From: Terriglobales bacterium
Lineage (GTDB): Bacteria > Acidobacteriota > Terriglobia > Terriglobales > Acidobacteriaceae
Reading direction: 5' to 3'
NCBI GenBank assembly: GCA_035623795.1
Contig: DASPST010000104.1
Coordinates: forward strand, 5,366 to 69,365
DNA: 64,000 nt
Part shown: positions 8,222 through 17,690 of the stretch, in pieces
Position numbering within the stretch: the stretch's first letter is position 1
Layout: every line of letters begins with the position of its first letter
Translations under genes and position numbers: made by a program
The notes under the pieces: model-generated
Told to the model about the DNA's origin: nothing
What the model saw: the letters and a program-made list of their open reading frames with translations, nothing else
The model's database searches: none

Positions 8222-8259
8222 CAAAACTAAAAGGCCCTGGCCATTTAAGCTCCAGGGCC
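8222..8259 (-). terminator. orphan rho-independent terminator-like hairpin
   Basis: On the minus strand: GGCCCTGG, 11-nt loop, CCAGGGCC, followed by TTTTAGTTTTG. No convincing ORF ends upstream of it. Confidence 0.4.
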
Positions 8260-9033
8260 CGGACCGCAAACAGAGAAGAAGAGAGTTTACCGCCGCAGGA
8301 CCTACCAGAGCCGGGCAGAAAAATAGGGCGGAGTTCCCGAAAACCCCACCCTAGAGGTACATCGTTGGTCAGCGTCGACGGGCCTCATTCCGCCGACACA
8401 TCGTGGACTCTAGCGCGGTGGCAAGGAGAGTCAACTGTAAGAAGTGCCAGTTGTCTTCTCAACGGACTATCCCCCAGCCTAGGAAATGACGCCAATGGTC
8501 CCTTTTGTGTTGGGGAACGACCGACGGGACCGTAGGTCAGCCTGGCGTTGAGGGCAGGGGGCGCCTCCCGCTCCGTCTTTCTTTATTGCCTGCACTATTG
8601 CAGTCACCGCCTGCGGACACAGTAACGGACGCGCGACACCGTGAAGGCTGGGCCCCCGATTTACTGAATTGTGCTGGCAGCTTGCGAAAAAACGTTGCTG
8701 GCGTTTGAGCCAATCAGCCGGATCGTGCCCACCGGCGATGTCCTGACCTTGCTCGTCGGACCATAGTCGGCTAAAGCAACATGCAATGGATCTCCTGCTG
8801 CGAGGTGCGACCCAAGGGGTGTTGCTTTGATGGGGGTGTCCCTCAAAGCAAGCAGAACGCCCCCGCATTTGAGTCGCACCCGATGTAGAAAAGTAACTTC
8901 TGCGGCGAGCAATGTCGTTGCTACGAAGCAAGCATGTCCTTGCTGGCAGGAAAACGACTCTGCGCGTGGAAGGGGCGGCTCATGAGGCTCTCCGCCTGGC
9001 AGTCATGGCCATCACGATGTCCACGCTGGCATC

Positions 9034-9207
9034 CTACGAAATGCGGGTGATTTCGCGCAGAGCTTCGAGAGCGTTCGCCTTGGCAGCCTCGATCAGGCCC
9101 GGATCGTCCATCCGCAGGAACTGAATGGCGGTTTCGAGTTTGTCGAGTTGATGTCGGATGTCCCTCGCCTTCGCGGCGAGGTGGGCAGCTAGAATGTTTG
9201 CAGCCAT
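9034..9207 (-). CDS. small helical hypothetical protein (57 aa)
   Basis: ATG with GGAG about 10 nt upstream. Product: MAANILAAHLAAKARDIRHQLDKLETAIQFLRMDDPGLIEAAKANALEALREITRIS. It lies just inside the right end of the element. No homolog recognised. Confidence 0.25.
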   Translation of the reverse strand: MAANILAAHLAAKARDIRHQLDKLETAIQFLRMDDPGLIEAAKANALEALREITRIS

Positions 9208-9271
9208 GTGGAGCCCGCTCCGGGCGACTCGGTGGTTTAGGTTCCGCTCAGGTGTTCCAGCACCTGGACGT

Positions 9272-9292
9272 TGGTGTTCAACTGGTGTCCAA
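9272..9292 (+). repeat. att-like direct repeat, right copy
   Basis: TGGTGTTCAACTGGTGTCCAA, preceded directly by CCTGGACGTT. This is the permuted arrangement expected for attL/attR halves. Confidence 0.4.
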
Positions 9293-9398
9293 AGAGTCTC
9301 AAATCAAAAAGTCTCAAGTGAGCTGGTCTAGCGTGGTGTCACGAGGTCTCAGGACACCCTATTGATATCGCGGGCATGACCTCCTTCGTCCGGTTGCC

Positions 9399-9428
9399 TT
9401 GACTTCCCTTCTCCCGCGCCAAGATAAT
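9399..9428 (+). promoter_or_regulatory. candidate sigma70-type promoter of sdhCAB
   Basis: TTGACT (9399-9404), 18 nt, GATAAT (9423-9428). Confidence 0.45.
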
Positions 9429-9493
9429 ACAAGGTTCGCGACTCACATTTGAACGGGCAAGGTGCAGTTACTGTGGCCTCAACGGCAGCTCCG

Positions 9494-10204
9494 ATGCGAA
9501 TCAAACCGGGAGTGGCTCCGCTGCGGGCCGGTCAGGGGACTTCGTTCCTCTTCCGACGCCTGCATTCTCTCACCGGTATCGTTCCGGTGGGGGCATTCCT
9601 GGTCGAACATTTCATATCCAACGCCTTCGCTACGAAGGGTCCGGCCGCTTACACCAAGCAGGTCGAGTTGCTCACGAGTTTTCCTTTTGTGGTGGGACTT
9701 GAATTGTTCGGGATCTGGCTTCCCATCCTTTATCACGCGGGCTATGGCTTGTACATCTGGTATTGCGGCGAGAGCAATCTCGGAGACTATCCCTGGACTG
9801 GAAACTGGCTGTACACCAGCCAGCGGTGGACGGGCGCCATCGCATTCCTTTACATCGTCTATCACACTTGGCATCTGCGCTTCACCGGCATTCACCTGCT
9901 CAGTCACCCGGCCGCAGCCTTTGGCAAAGTGCAGCTTGAGTTCCAGAACCCGTTAATCGTTGCCTTCTACGTGGTCGGCATCGTGGCCGCGTCCTGGCAT
10001 TTCGCGTACGGACTGTGGCTGTTCGCGGCAAAATGGGGCATCACGGTGGGGCCGAACGCCCGCCGCCGCTTTGGCTATGTGTGCCTGGTGATCGCTCTCG
10101 GTTTCATCGCGGTCGGACTTGCGTCGGCTTACTCATTCCTTTACTACCCGCAACAGCCCCTGGACTTCGGTTCGTCCAGCGACTCCGTGGTCATGATGCG
10201 GTAG
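9494..10204 (+). CDS. sdhC: succinate dehydrogenase cytochrome b subunit (single-subunit, b558-type anchor)
   Basis: FLFRRLHSLTGIVPVGAFLVEHFISNAF resembles the Bacillus-type SdhC N-terminus. Five hydrophobic helices, directly upstream of sdhA. The start could be TTG 9449 instead of ATG 9494. Confidence 0.8.
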   Translation: MRIKPGVAPLRAGQGTSFLFRRLHSLTGIVPVGAFLVEHFISNAFATKGPAAYTKQVELLTSFPFVVGLELFGIWLPILYHAGYGLYIWYCGESNLGDYPWTGNWLYTSQRWTGAIAFLYIVYHTWHLRFTGIHLLSHPAAAFGKVQLEFQNPLIVAFYVVGIVAASWHFAYGLWLFAAKWGITVGPNARRRFGYVCLVIALGFIAVGLASAYSFLYYPQQPLDFGSSSDSVVMMR

Positions 10205-10240
10205 TTCCGGGCGCAACCCGGCAGATCGGAAGCGAAATCG

Positions 10241-12007
10241 ATGTCCAATCCCCGAATCATCGTAGTGGGTGGCGGCCTGGCGGGCTTGTCGGCCGTGATC
10301 AAGATCGCCGAAATGGGAGGCCAGGCCGATCTGTTCTCGATCGTCCCGGTGAAACGTTCGCACTCGGTCTGCGCCCAGGGCGGAATCAACGCAGCCAAGA
10401 ATCTCAAGGGCGAAGGGGATTCCACTTGGCAGCACTTTGACGACACCATCTACGGCGGCGACTTCCTGGCCAACCAGCCTCCCGTCAAAGCCATGTGCGA
10501 GGCAGCGCCCGGTATCATCGATCTGCTTGACCGCATGGGTGTCCCGTTCAACCGCACGCCCGAAGGCCTGCTTGATTTTCGCCGCTTCGGCGGCACGCTC
10601 TATAACCGCACCGCGTTCGCCGGGGCTACCACAGGCCAGCAACTCCTCTACGCCCTCGACGAGCAGGTACGGCGTTACGAATCGGAGGGCAAAGTCAAGA
10701 AATACGAGCACTGGGAGTTCCTCTCGGCGGTGCTCGACGGCAAGCGCGTGTGCCGCGGTATAGGCGCGATGGATCTGCGCACCATGGAGATCCGAACCTT
10801 CCCTGCGGACGCGATCATCATCGCCGCCGGTGGGATCGGCGCGATTTTCGGCAAGTCGACCAACTCCGTGGTCTGCACAGGATCGGCCCAGTCCGCGCTG
10901 TACCAGCAGGGTTGCTACTATGCCAACGGAGAATTCATCCAGGTCCACCCCACGTCGATTCCCGGGGAGGACAAGCTGCGGCTGATGTCGGAATCGGCGC
11001 GGGGCGAAGGCGGCCGGGTTTGGGTACCCAAGACGCAGGGCGACAAGCGCGACCCCAAGAGCATCCCAGAGAGCGAGCGCTGGTACTTCCTGGAAGAGTG
11101 GTATCCGAAGTACGGAAACCTGGTGCCGCGCGACGTCGCAACTCGAGCCATCTTCAAGGTTGTCTACGAACACCACTTGGGCATCGATGGCAAGCCCATG
11201 GTCTATCTCGATCTCACCCACATCGACCGCAAGACCCTCGACAAAAAGTTGGAGGGCATCCTGGAAATTTACGAGAAATTTGTGGGCGACGATCCGCGCG
11301 ACACGCCCATGAAGATCTTCCCGGGCATGCACTACACCATGGGGGGCCTGTGGATCGATTACAACCAGGCCACCAATATTCCCGGCATTTACTCGGCGGG
11401 CGAATGCGAATATCAATACCACGGCGCGAATCGCCTGGGAGCGAACTCGCTCGTCTCCTGCATCTTCGGAGGATTCGTGGCCGGACCCAACGCGGTCCAG
11501 TACGCCTGTGGACTGCAGAAAAGCGACGGAAACCGCCATTTCGAGGTCGAGACGAAACGCCAGCAGGAAATCAACGACGCCCTCATGAAGTCAGACGGCG
11601 CGGAGAACCCATTCCGACTGTGGCAAGAGTTGGGTCACGAGATGACCAAGAACGTTACGGTCATCCGTTACAACAACAACCTTGCCGAGACGGACGCGAA
11701 GCTTGTCGAGCTGCTGGAGCGGTTCCGCAAAATCAACCTCAGCGACCGCTCGCAGTGGGCCAACACCACCATCGCCTTTGCGCGCCAGCTGTACAACATG
11801 CTGCAGCTGGCGCGAGTGATTGCCCAGGGGGCGCGGCTGCGGGACGAGTCGCGCGGCTCCCATTACAAGCCCGACTTCCCTGAGCGCGACGACAAGAACT
11901 GGATGAAGACGACCAAAGCGGTCTTCGCTCCCGATGCCGACGAACCGAAATTTGAGTTTGAGCCGGTGGATGCGTCGCTCATTCCGCCACGGGCGAGGAA
12001 GTACTGA
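10241..12007 (+). CDS. sdhA: succinate dehydrogenase / fumarate reductase flavoprotein subunit
   Basis: IIVVGGGLAGLSA FAD-binding fold, SVCAQGGINAA, HYTMGG and RGSHYKPDFPERDD signatures. Confidence 0.95.
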   Translation: MSNPRIIVVGGGLAGLSAVIKIAEMGGQADLFSIVPVKRSHSVCAQGGINAAKNLKGEGDSTWQHFDDTIYGGDFLANQPPVKAMCEAAPGIIDLLDRMGVPFNRTPEGLLDFRRFGGTLYNRTAFAGATTGQQLLYALDEQVRRYESEGKVKKYEHWEFLSAVLDGKRVCRGIGAMDLRTMEIRTFPADAIIIAAGGIGAIFGKSTNSVVCTGSAQSALYQQGCYYANGEFIQVHPTSIPGEDKLRLMSESARGEGGRVWVPKTQGDKRDPKSIPESERWYFLEEWYPKYGNLVPRDVATRAIFKVVYEHHLGIDGKPMVYLDLTHIDRKTLDKKLEGILEIYEKFVGDDPRDTPMKIFPGMHYTMGGLWIDYNQATNIPGIYSAGECEYQYHGANRLGANSLVSCIFGGFVAGPNAVQYACGLQKSDGNRHFEVETKRQQEINDALMKSDGAENPFRLWQELGHEMTKNVTVIRYNNNLAETDAKLVELLERFRKINLSDRSQWANTTIAFARQLYNMLQLARVIAQGARLRDESRGSHYKPDFPERDDKNWMKTTKAVFAPDADEPKFEFEPVDASLIPPRARKY

Positions 12008-12229
12008 CATGCTGAGCTCTATCGCATTCCGTTCTACGGCGAGCGATGGTGGGCCGGCGGTTCGTAGGGTTGCCGCAGCGGCTTCCGCACCAAGGTTGGA
12101 CAGAATCATGAAAAGGTGAGGGGTGCTCGATCCCCGTCCGTGCGTTTTGTGACTGGTACGGAATTGCATCGCGTCAACCTAGGGTGTGGTCAGGGGCCAA
12201 TGCGCTGGGAGTTAAAGGCTGGAAGCTAA

Positions 12230-12982
12230 ATGGCAAATAGCAAAACCTTCATCATCAAAATCAAACGTCAGCTCAATCCCGACGCCAAGCCTTATTGGGA
12301 GGAGTTCGAGCTTCCCTACAAGCCGAACATGAACGTGATCTCCGCCCTCATGGAGATCGCAGCCAACCCGGTAACGCGGTCCGGCAAGGCGACGACACCC
12401 ATTACCTATGACTCGAATTGCCTCGAGGAAGTTTGTGGCTCTTGCGCGATGATAATCAACGGGCGTGCCCGCATGGCCTGCTCCGCCCTGCTCGACAAAC
12501 TGGAGCGACCCATCCGGCTAGAGCCGTTTTCCAAGTTCCCGCTGGTGAGGGACCTGGCCACGGACCGGGGCGTGATCTTCGAGAATCTCAAGGCGGTGAA
12601 GGCCTGGGTTCCGGTCGATGGCAGCTACGACCTTGGCGCCGGGCCGCGCCTATACCCCGAACAGCAGGAGGCGATGTATCCGCTTTCCCGCTGCATTTCG
12701 TGCTGCTGCTGCATGGAGGCCTGTCCCCAGTTCAACGACGAGACAAATTTCGTTGGGGCAGCGACGATTTCGCAAGTCCGATTGTTCAACGAGCATCCCA
12801 CCGGCCGCGCTCTCCAACGCGAGCGCCTCACCGCCCTGATGGGCGATGGAGGCATCCAGGAGTGCGGCTATGCTCAGAACTGCGTCGAGGTTTGTCCCAA
12901 GGACATCCCGCTCACGACTTCGATTGCTGAAGTTGGAGGCGAGGTCATGAAACAGGCGATCCGCGACCTGTTCCGCCGCTAA
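12230..12982 (+). CDS. sdhB: succinate dehydrogenase iron-sulfur subunit
   Basis: Cys clusters CLEEVCGSCAM, CISCCCCMEACP and CVEVCP. Confidence 0.95.
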   Translation: MANSKTFIIKIKRQLNPDAKPYWEEFELPYKPNMNVISALMEIAANPVTRSGKATTPITYDSNCLEEVCGSCAMIINGRARMACSALLDKLERPIRLEPFSKFPLVRDLATDRGVIFENLKAVKAWVPVDGSYDLGAGPRLYPEQQEAMYPLSRCISCCCCMEACPQFNDETNFVGAATISQVRLFNEHPTGRALQRERLTALMGDGGIQECGYAQNCVEVCPKDIPLTTSIAEVGGEVMKQAIRDLFRR

Positions 12983-13187
12983 GGGAAATCTGGCCGCCGT
13001 TTCCGGCATTTTGCTCTGTTCTGCGAACTCAATAGGTTAGGCTGGGTAATCACGCGTAACCGTTACCAAAACAGTCCCTCGGTAACTGGTTCAGGAACGA
13101 TTTCCTCTTGGCATCTTGACAGGTGAGGTTAGAATAACGTTCTGCTTCGGGCTGCCGAAGCGCTCCCCCAGGGTTCGAGGCCACTTC

Positions 13188-13922
13188 GTGTCGACTTTAA
13201 TTCGGTGGTCCCTATTGTGGAGAGGGTTGTCCATTCTGGCCGTGTGCGGCCAAGCCTTCGGTCTGCACAGCTACACACCTCCGCGTCATCCGATCAGACA
13301 AACGGCCCGTCGGCACACGCGCCGTCTCGCCTGGAATCCCATGTTCCGCCCGTCCCACGAATCGCTACTGCGTCAGAACGAGGAAATTGACCGCCTGGAC
13401 TTGCCCAGGATCCAGGACGACGACGAACTGGATGCGTTGAAGGCCAGCGGGGCCCTGGTGCAAATTCGCGTCGGTCAGACGCTGCGCATCGATCCCCGCC
13501 TCGACCCCAGCCGCCGCTACTGCCGTCCTTGGACTCGGGATTTTGTGGAAGATTTGAGTGATGCTTTCTACGAGAGATTCCACGAACAGATCCAGCTCAA
13601 CTCAGCCGTCCGTACCGTGAAAGTGCAGAAGAAGCTCCGCCGGCACAACCGCAATGCTGCTCCGGCAGACGGCGACACCGCCTCCTCGCACCTGGCCGGA
13701 TTGACCGTGGATCTGCAAAGACGAGGAATGACCCGCGATCAGGTCCACTTTGTGGAGCGATACCTCTTCTACCTTAACGCTCTGGGCCTGGTAGAGCCGG
13801 AAGAAGAGCGGCGCCAGTGGGTCTTCCACGTGATGGTTTCAGAACGCTACGCGGACTGGCGGGAAAGTCAGGATGTTATCCACTGGGACTTCGACCCTGT
13901 TGTCGAAGTCAGCCAGAAGTAG
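13188..13922 (+). CDS. secreted peptidase M15-like (VanY/LD-carboxypeptidase-like) protein
   Basis: A GAGG ribosome-binding site precedes GTG 13188, and the N-terminus is signal-like (LIRWSLLWRGLSILAVCGQAFG). SSHLAGLTVDL matches the S-x-H-x-x-G-x-x-x-D zinc motif of Hedgehog/DD-peptidase folds. The family call is tentative. Confidence 0.5.
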   Translation: MSTLIRWSLLWRGLSILAVCGQAFGLHSYTPPRHPIRQTARRHTRRLAWNPMFRPSHESLLRQNEEIDRLDLPRIQDDDELDALKASGALVQIRVGQTLRIDPRLDPSRRYCRPWTRDFVEDLSDAFYERFHEQIQLNSAVRTVKVQKKLRRHNRNAAPADGDTASSHLAGLTVDLQRRGMTRDQVHFVERYLFYLNALGLVEPEEERRQWVFHVMVSERYADWRESQDVIHWDFDPVVEVSQK

Positions 13923-14040
13923 CCAAGGCCTCCTACTCGACCGCAGCACCCTGCTGGCCACGAATCCATCTCTCACCCCACCGTCCCTCGTATAGAATCA
14001 AAGCCTGCGTCCAAACGAAAAATCCCAAGGTTCAACATCC

Positions 14041-15312
14041 ATGCGCAAGTTGATTCACTGGTCGTCCGTCTTCGTACTGTTGTTCTGCCCATTTCTGGCG
14101 GCCCAAAACAAGCCCTCGGCCATGTCTGGCGTCAGCCTTCGGGCTCTGAGAATTCACGACTCCGCGATCATAGTGGACACCCACGCCGACACCCCACAAC
14201 GTTTCCTCGACGAACATTTCGACATTGGAAACACTGATCCCAAGGACCCGGGTCACATCACTCTCGATCGGGCGCGCGCTGGCAACCTGGGGGCCGAGTT
14301 TTTCTCCATCTGGGTGGAGCCGTCCTTCAAAGGACAGTACGCCCACCGGGCCTTGGATCTGATCGACTCGGTGTATGAACAGGCGGCTCACCATCCCGAT
14401 CGCATGATGATGGCGTTTTCCGTGGCTGACATCGAAAAGGCTCACCAGCAGAAAAAGCTTGCTGCCTTACTCGGCGTCGAGGGCGGCCACGCCATTGAGA
14501 ACGACCTCGACCTGCTGCGCGACTACTACCGACTCGGGGTTCGCTATATGACCCTGACCTGGTCCAATACGAACGCGTGGGCGGATTCCTCCGGCGACAT
14601 CACAGACGCCAAGGTTGAACACCACAATGGGCTTACTGACTTCGGCCAGCAGGTCGTCCTAGAGATGAACCGGCTGGGCATGATGGTCGACATCTCTCAC
14701 GTCTCTGACAAGACGTTCTATGACGTGGTGGCGGTTTCCAAGGCGCCGCTCATCGCTTCTCACTCTTCGGCGCGGGCCCTAACCGACGCGCCCCGCAACA
14801 TGAGCGATGACATGCTGCGAGCTGTCGCCAAGAACAACGGCGTGGTCATGGTCAATTTCTTTAGCGGCTTCATCGACGAGAACTACTGGAAGGCGGCCCA
14901 AGCCCAAAGCAAGGACCGCGATGCCGCCGTGGCTGCGCTTGTCGAGCAAAGCAAAGCGGATGGCAAGCCGGTGACCTACGTTGCGTACGACCGCATCGAG
15001 CGGGCGTGGTTGGCCCGCATCCCCCGACCTCCGCTCGAGTCCCTGATCGATCACATCGACCACGTGGCCAAGATCGCCGGCGTGGACCACGTCGGTCTGG
15101 GTTCCGATTTCGATGGCATCAGCGGCGCCACTCCCCAGGGAATTGATTCCGCCGCCGACCTGCCCAAGATTACGCAGGCACTGCTCGATCGCGGCTACGG
15201 TGAGAATGACGTCCGCAAGATTCTCGGGGAAAACCTTTTGCGGGTTTTCCGCGAGGTCGAGCAGGTCAGCCTCCGAATGCAGTCGGCGCCAACCATTGCG
15301 GCGGAGCGCTAA
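14041..15312 (+). CDS. membrane dipeptidase (peptidase M19, renal dipeptidase family), secreted
   Basis: Signal peptide, IVDTHADTP, GVEGGHAIENDL, YMTLTWSNTN, DISHVSDKTF, ASHSSARAL and VGLGSDFDG signatures. Confidence 0.85.
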   Translation: MRKLIHWSSVFVLLFCPFLAAQNKPSAMSGVSLRALRIHDSAIIVDTHADTPQRFLDEHFDIGNTDPKDPGHITLDRARAGNLGAEFFSIWVEPSFKGQYAHRALDLIDSVYEQAAHHPDRMMMAFSVADIEKAHQQKKLAALLGVEGGHAIENDLDLLRDYYRLGVRYMTLTWSNTNAWADSSGDITDAKVEHHNGLTDFGQQVVLEMNRLGMMVDISHVSDKTFYDVVAVSKAPLIASHSSARALTDAPRNMSDDMLRAVAKNNGVVMVNFFSGFIDENYWKAAQAQSKDRDAAVAALVEQSKADGKPVTYVAYDRIERAWLARIPRPPLESLIDHIDHVAKIAGVDHVGLGSDFDGISGATPQGIDSAADLPKITQALLDRGYGENDVRKILGENLLRVFREVEQVSLRMQSAPTIAAER

Positions 15313-15402
15313 TCCGTGTCAGCGGGCTCGTGGCGTACAATGTGACGTTATCATCACAACTAAGACGGCGGGAAACCGATCCGCTTTCACAAGGAGTCTT
15401 GC

Positions 15403-16047
15403 ATGCACCAGCGTACAAGTCTGTTCGTGGTTATCATCTTGTCCCTCGCTGCCTGGTCACAGACGTCCACCCCACCCAATCGCACGGCCGGGCAGCCCTC
15501 CGCTGCGACAGAAGCTAACCCGGTGGCGATTATTGACACCACCGCCGGCAAAATGCACTGCACCCTGTTTCCGAAGCAAGCTCCCATCGGGGTCGCAAAC
15601 TTTATTGGGCTCGCCACCGGCACCAAGGACTGGACCAATCCTGCAACCCATGCCAAGAAACACGGAGTTCCCTTGTACGATGGCACGATTTTTCACCGCG
15701 TGATCCCGGATTTCATGATCCAGGGCGGAGATCCTCTGGGTAGCGGCACCGGCGATCCCGGCTACAAGTTCAAGAATGAGACTTCCCCCCAGCTTAAGTT
15801 CGACCGCCCTGGGCGCCTGGCTTACGCCAACGCCGGTCCCGACACGAATGGCTCGCAGTTCTTCATCACCGAGGTGCCTTACCCCAGCCTGAATGGCGGA
15901 TACACGATTTTCGGTCAGTGCGACGAAGCAACCATACAACTGGTCAAGCAGATCGCCCGCATGGGAAGGGATGCGAATGACCGCCCGTTCCGTCCCGTGA
16001 AAATCAACCACATCGCCATCGAGCAGGCCGGAGCAACGTCACACTAA
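15403..16047 (+). CDS. ppiA: peptidyl-prolyl cis-trans isomerase, cyclophilin type, exported
   Basis: Signal peptide plus FHRVIPDFMIQGGDP and NGSQFFIT motifs. Confidence 0.9.
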   Translation: MHQRTSLFVVIILSLAAWSQTSTPPNRTAGQPSAATEANPVAIIDTTAGKMHCTLFPKQAPIGVANFIGLATGTKDWTNPATHAKKHGVPLYDGTIFHRVIPDFMIQGGDPLGSGTGDPGYKFKNETSPQLKFDRPGRLAYANAGPDTNGSQFFITEVPYPSLNGGYTIFGQCDEATIQLVKQIARMGRDANDRPFRPVKINHIAIEQAGATSH

Positions 16048-16117
16048 AGAGCGAAAGGCAAGGTTAAAACGAAATTTCGATTGTCGCGTTTACATCGCCG
16101 ACTCAGAAAGGACCGCT

Positions 16118-16645
16118 ATGACTCGCACATCGGGCAGCTACGCCATCTTCCAGACCACCGAGGGCACCATCGTCTGCCGGCTGTTTGAAAAAGATGCCCC
16201 CAAGACCGTCACCAATTTTGTGGACTTGGCCGAAGGCAAACGCGAGTGGACCCATCCGGTCAGCCACAAGAAGAGCAACGACCGGCTTTATGACGGGACG
16301 ATTTTTCATCGCGTGATCCCCGACTTCATGATCCAGGGCGGCGACCCGGCCGGCGACGGCAGGGGTGGCCCAGGCTACCAGTTCGAGGATGAAACCAGGG
16401 GCTCGCCGCACAAGTTCGACAAGGCCGGCAAACTGGCAATGGCCAACGCCGGGCCCAACACCAACGGCTCGCAGTTCTTCATCACGGTTGCGCCCACCAC
16501 CTGGCTGACCGGCAAGCACACCATTTTCGGGGAAGTTGTGGAAGGCCAGGAGGTGGTCGACAAGATCACTAAAGTCCCTCGCGGCCGACAGGACCGGCCG
16601 GTAAAGGACGTTGTGCTAAAGTCAGTCGCGATCGAGCGAGTCTAG
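16118..16645 (+). CDS. ppiB: peptidyl-prolyl cis-trans isomerase, cyclophilin type, cytoplasmic
   Basis: FHRVIPDFMIQGGDP, NGSQFFIT and HTIFGEVVEG motifs. No signal peptide. Confidence 0.9.
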   Translation: MTRTSGSYAIFQTTEGTIVCRLFEKDAPKTVTNFVDLAEGKREWTHPVSHKKSNDRLYDGTIFHRVIPDFMIQGGDPAGDGRGGPGYQFEDETRGSPHKFDKAGKLAMANAGPNTNGSQFFITVAPTTWLTGKHTIFGEVVEGQEVVDKITKVPRGRQDRPVKDVVLKSVAIERV

Positions 16646-16709
16646 GCCCTCGCGTCTCGGCACTCGCGGCTCTCGTCGACGAGCACGTGTCTTCGCCTCT
16701 ACCCTCCCA

Positions 16710-17636
16710 CTAGACTCCGATCACACTCACCAGTTCCTTCACCGCCGAGGCGCTCTTGTCAAGTTCAGCCTTTTCGTATGGGGTGAGCTTGATCTCCACG
16801 ATTTGCTCGATGCCCTTTCCTCCCAGCTTTACCGGAACACCTACGAACAAGCCTTTGATGCCGTACTCACCCTCCAGGTACGCGGCGCACGGCAAAATCT
16901 TCTTCTTGTCCTTGAGAATCGCCTCCACCATTTCGGTGACCGCCGCCGATGGAGCGTAGTAGGCCGAGCCTGTCTTAAGATACTTCACGATTTCAGCCCC
17001 TCCGTCCCGGGTGCGTTGCACGAGTTGCTCCAGGGTTCGCCCCTCGAGCAACTCGGTGATGGGAATGCCAGCAACCGTGGAATAGCGCGGGAGCGGCACC
17101 ATGGTGTCGCCATGCCCGCCCAATACGAAGGCGGTAACGTTCTCCACGCTGACCTGCAGTGCGTCGGCGATGAAAGTCCGGAAGCGCGCCGAATCGAGAA
17201 TCCCGGCCATGCCAATTACCCGCTCTCGCGGAAAACCACTCATTTTGTAAGCCGCCTGAGCCATGGCATCCAGAGGATTCGACACAACGATGAGAATACA
17301 ATTCGGTGAAAACTTGACCGCCTCACCTACCACCGCTTTCATGATCTTGTAGTTGGTGTTAAGCAGGTCATCCCGGCTCATGCCCGGTTTGCGCGGGACA
17401 CCAGCGGTAATGATTACAATGTCAGAGTTCGCCGTATCCTTGTAGTCCTGCGTGCCCAGGATGTGCGAGTCCCGCTTCTCGATCGGCATCGCTTCCAGAA
17501 GGTCGAGACCCTTGCCCTGGGGCACGCCATCGATGATGTCAATCAATACGACGTCGGCCAGTTCCTTGGAGGCAATCCAATGGGCCGCCGTAGCGCCCAC
17601 GTTTCCCGATCCAACGATCGTCACTTTTTTACGCAT
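16710..17636 (-). CDS. mdh: malate dehydrogenase (LDH-like type)
   Basis: [32 protein letters not shown] and [12 protein letters not shown] motifs. ATG 17636 chosen. Confidence 0.95.
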   Translation of the reverse strand: MRKKVTIVGSGNVGATAAHWIASKELADVVLIDIIDGVPQGKGLDLLEAMPIEKRDSHILGTQDYKDTANSDIVIITAGVPRKPGMSRDDLLNTNYKIMKAVVGEAVKFSPNCILIVVSNPLDAMAQAAYKMSGFPRERVIGMAGILDSARFRTFIADALQVSVENVTAFVLGGHGDTMVPLPRYSTVAGIPITELLEGRTLEQLVQRTRDGGAEIVKYLKTGSAYYAPSAAVTEMVEAILKDKKKILPCAAYLEGEYGIKGLFVGVPVKLGGKGIEQIVEIKLTPYEKAELDKSASAVKELVSVIGV

Positions 17637-17690
17637 GAAGCAGTTCCCCTCTCTGACCCCACGTGCGGGTTTCACAAAACATGGTACCCA

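Larger units (their letters stand above)
5490..9292. mobile_element. decayed integrative element (integrase remnant, gene fragments, cargo paralogs) bounded by att-like direct repeats
   Basis: A 12-bp perfect repeat ACTGGTGTCCAA occurs at 5490-5501 and 9281-9292. It extends to 19/21 identity at 5492-5512 versus 9272-9292. A truncated tyrosine recombinase sits at the left end. The interior holds gene fragments and poorly coding DNA. The element lies between housekeeping rdgB and the sdhC promoter. Confidence 0.4.

Noticed and set aside
7936-8535. 199-aa plus-strand ORF in the element interior
   Set aside because: The translation is not protein-like (Arg/Ser/Gly/Pro-rich with no hydrophobic core pattern), there is no ribosome-binding site, and it overlaps an equally poor minus-strand ORF (8479-8931). 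I treat this as decayed or non-coding DNA.
10133-11539. 468-aa minus-strand ORF
   Set aside because: It is antisense shadow of sdhA, with no recognisable motifs.
10750-11883. 377-aa plus-strand ORF in an alternative frame of sdhA
   Set aside because: It is an out-of-frame overlap with sdhA, and its composition is extremely Arg/Pro/Gly-rich.
11934-12119. 61-aa ORF spanning the sdhA end and the sdhA-sdhB spacer
   Set aside because: It overlaps sdhA out of frame. Its composition is Arg/Ser/Ala-rich and it has no ribosome-binding site.
13107-13130. TTGACA ... TAGAAT promoter-like boxes before the M15-like gene
   Set aside because: The spacer is only 8 nt, which is incompatible with a sigma70-type promoter.
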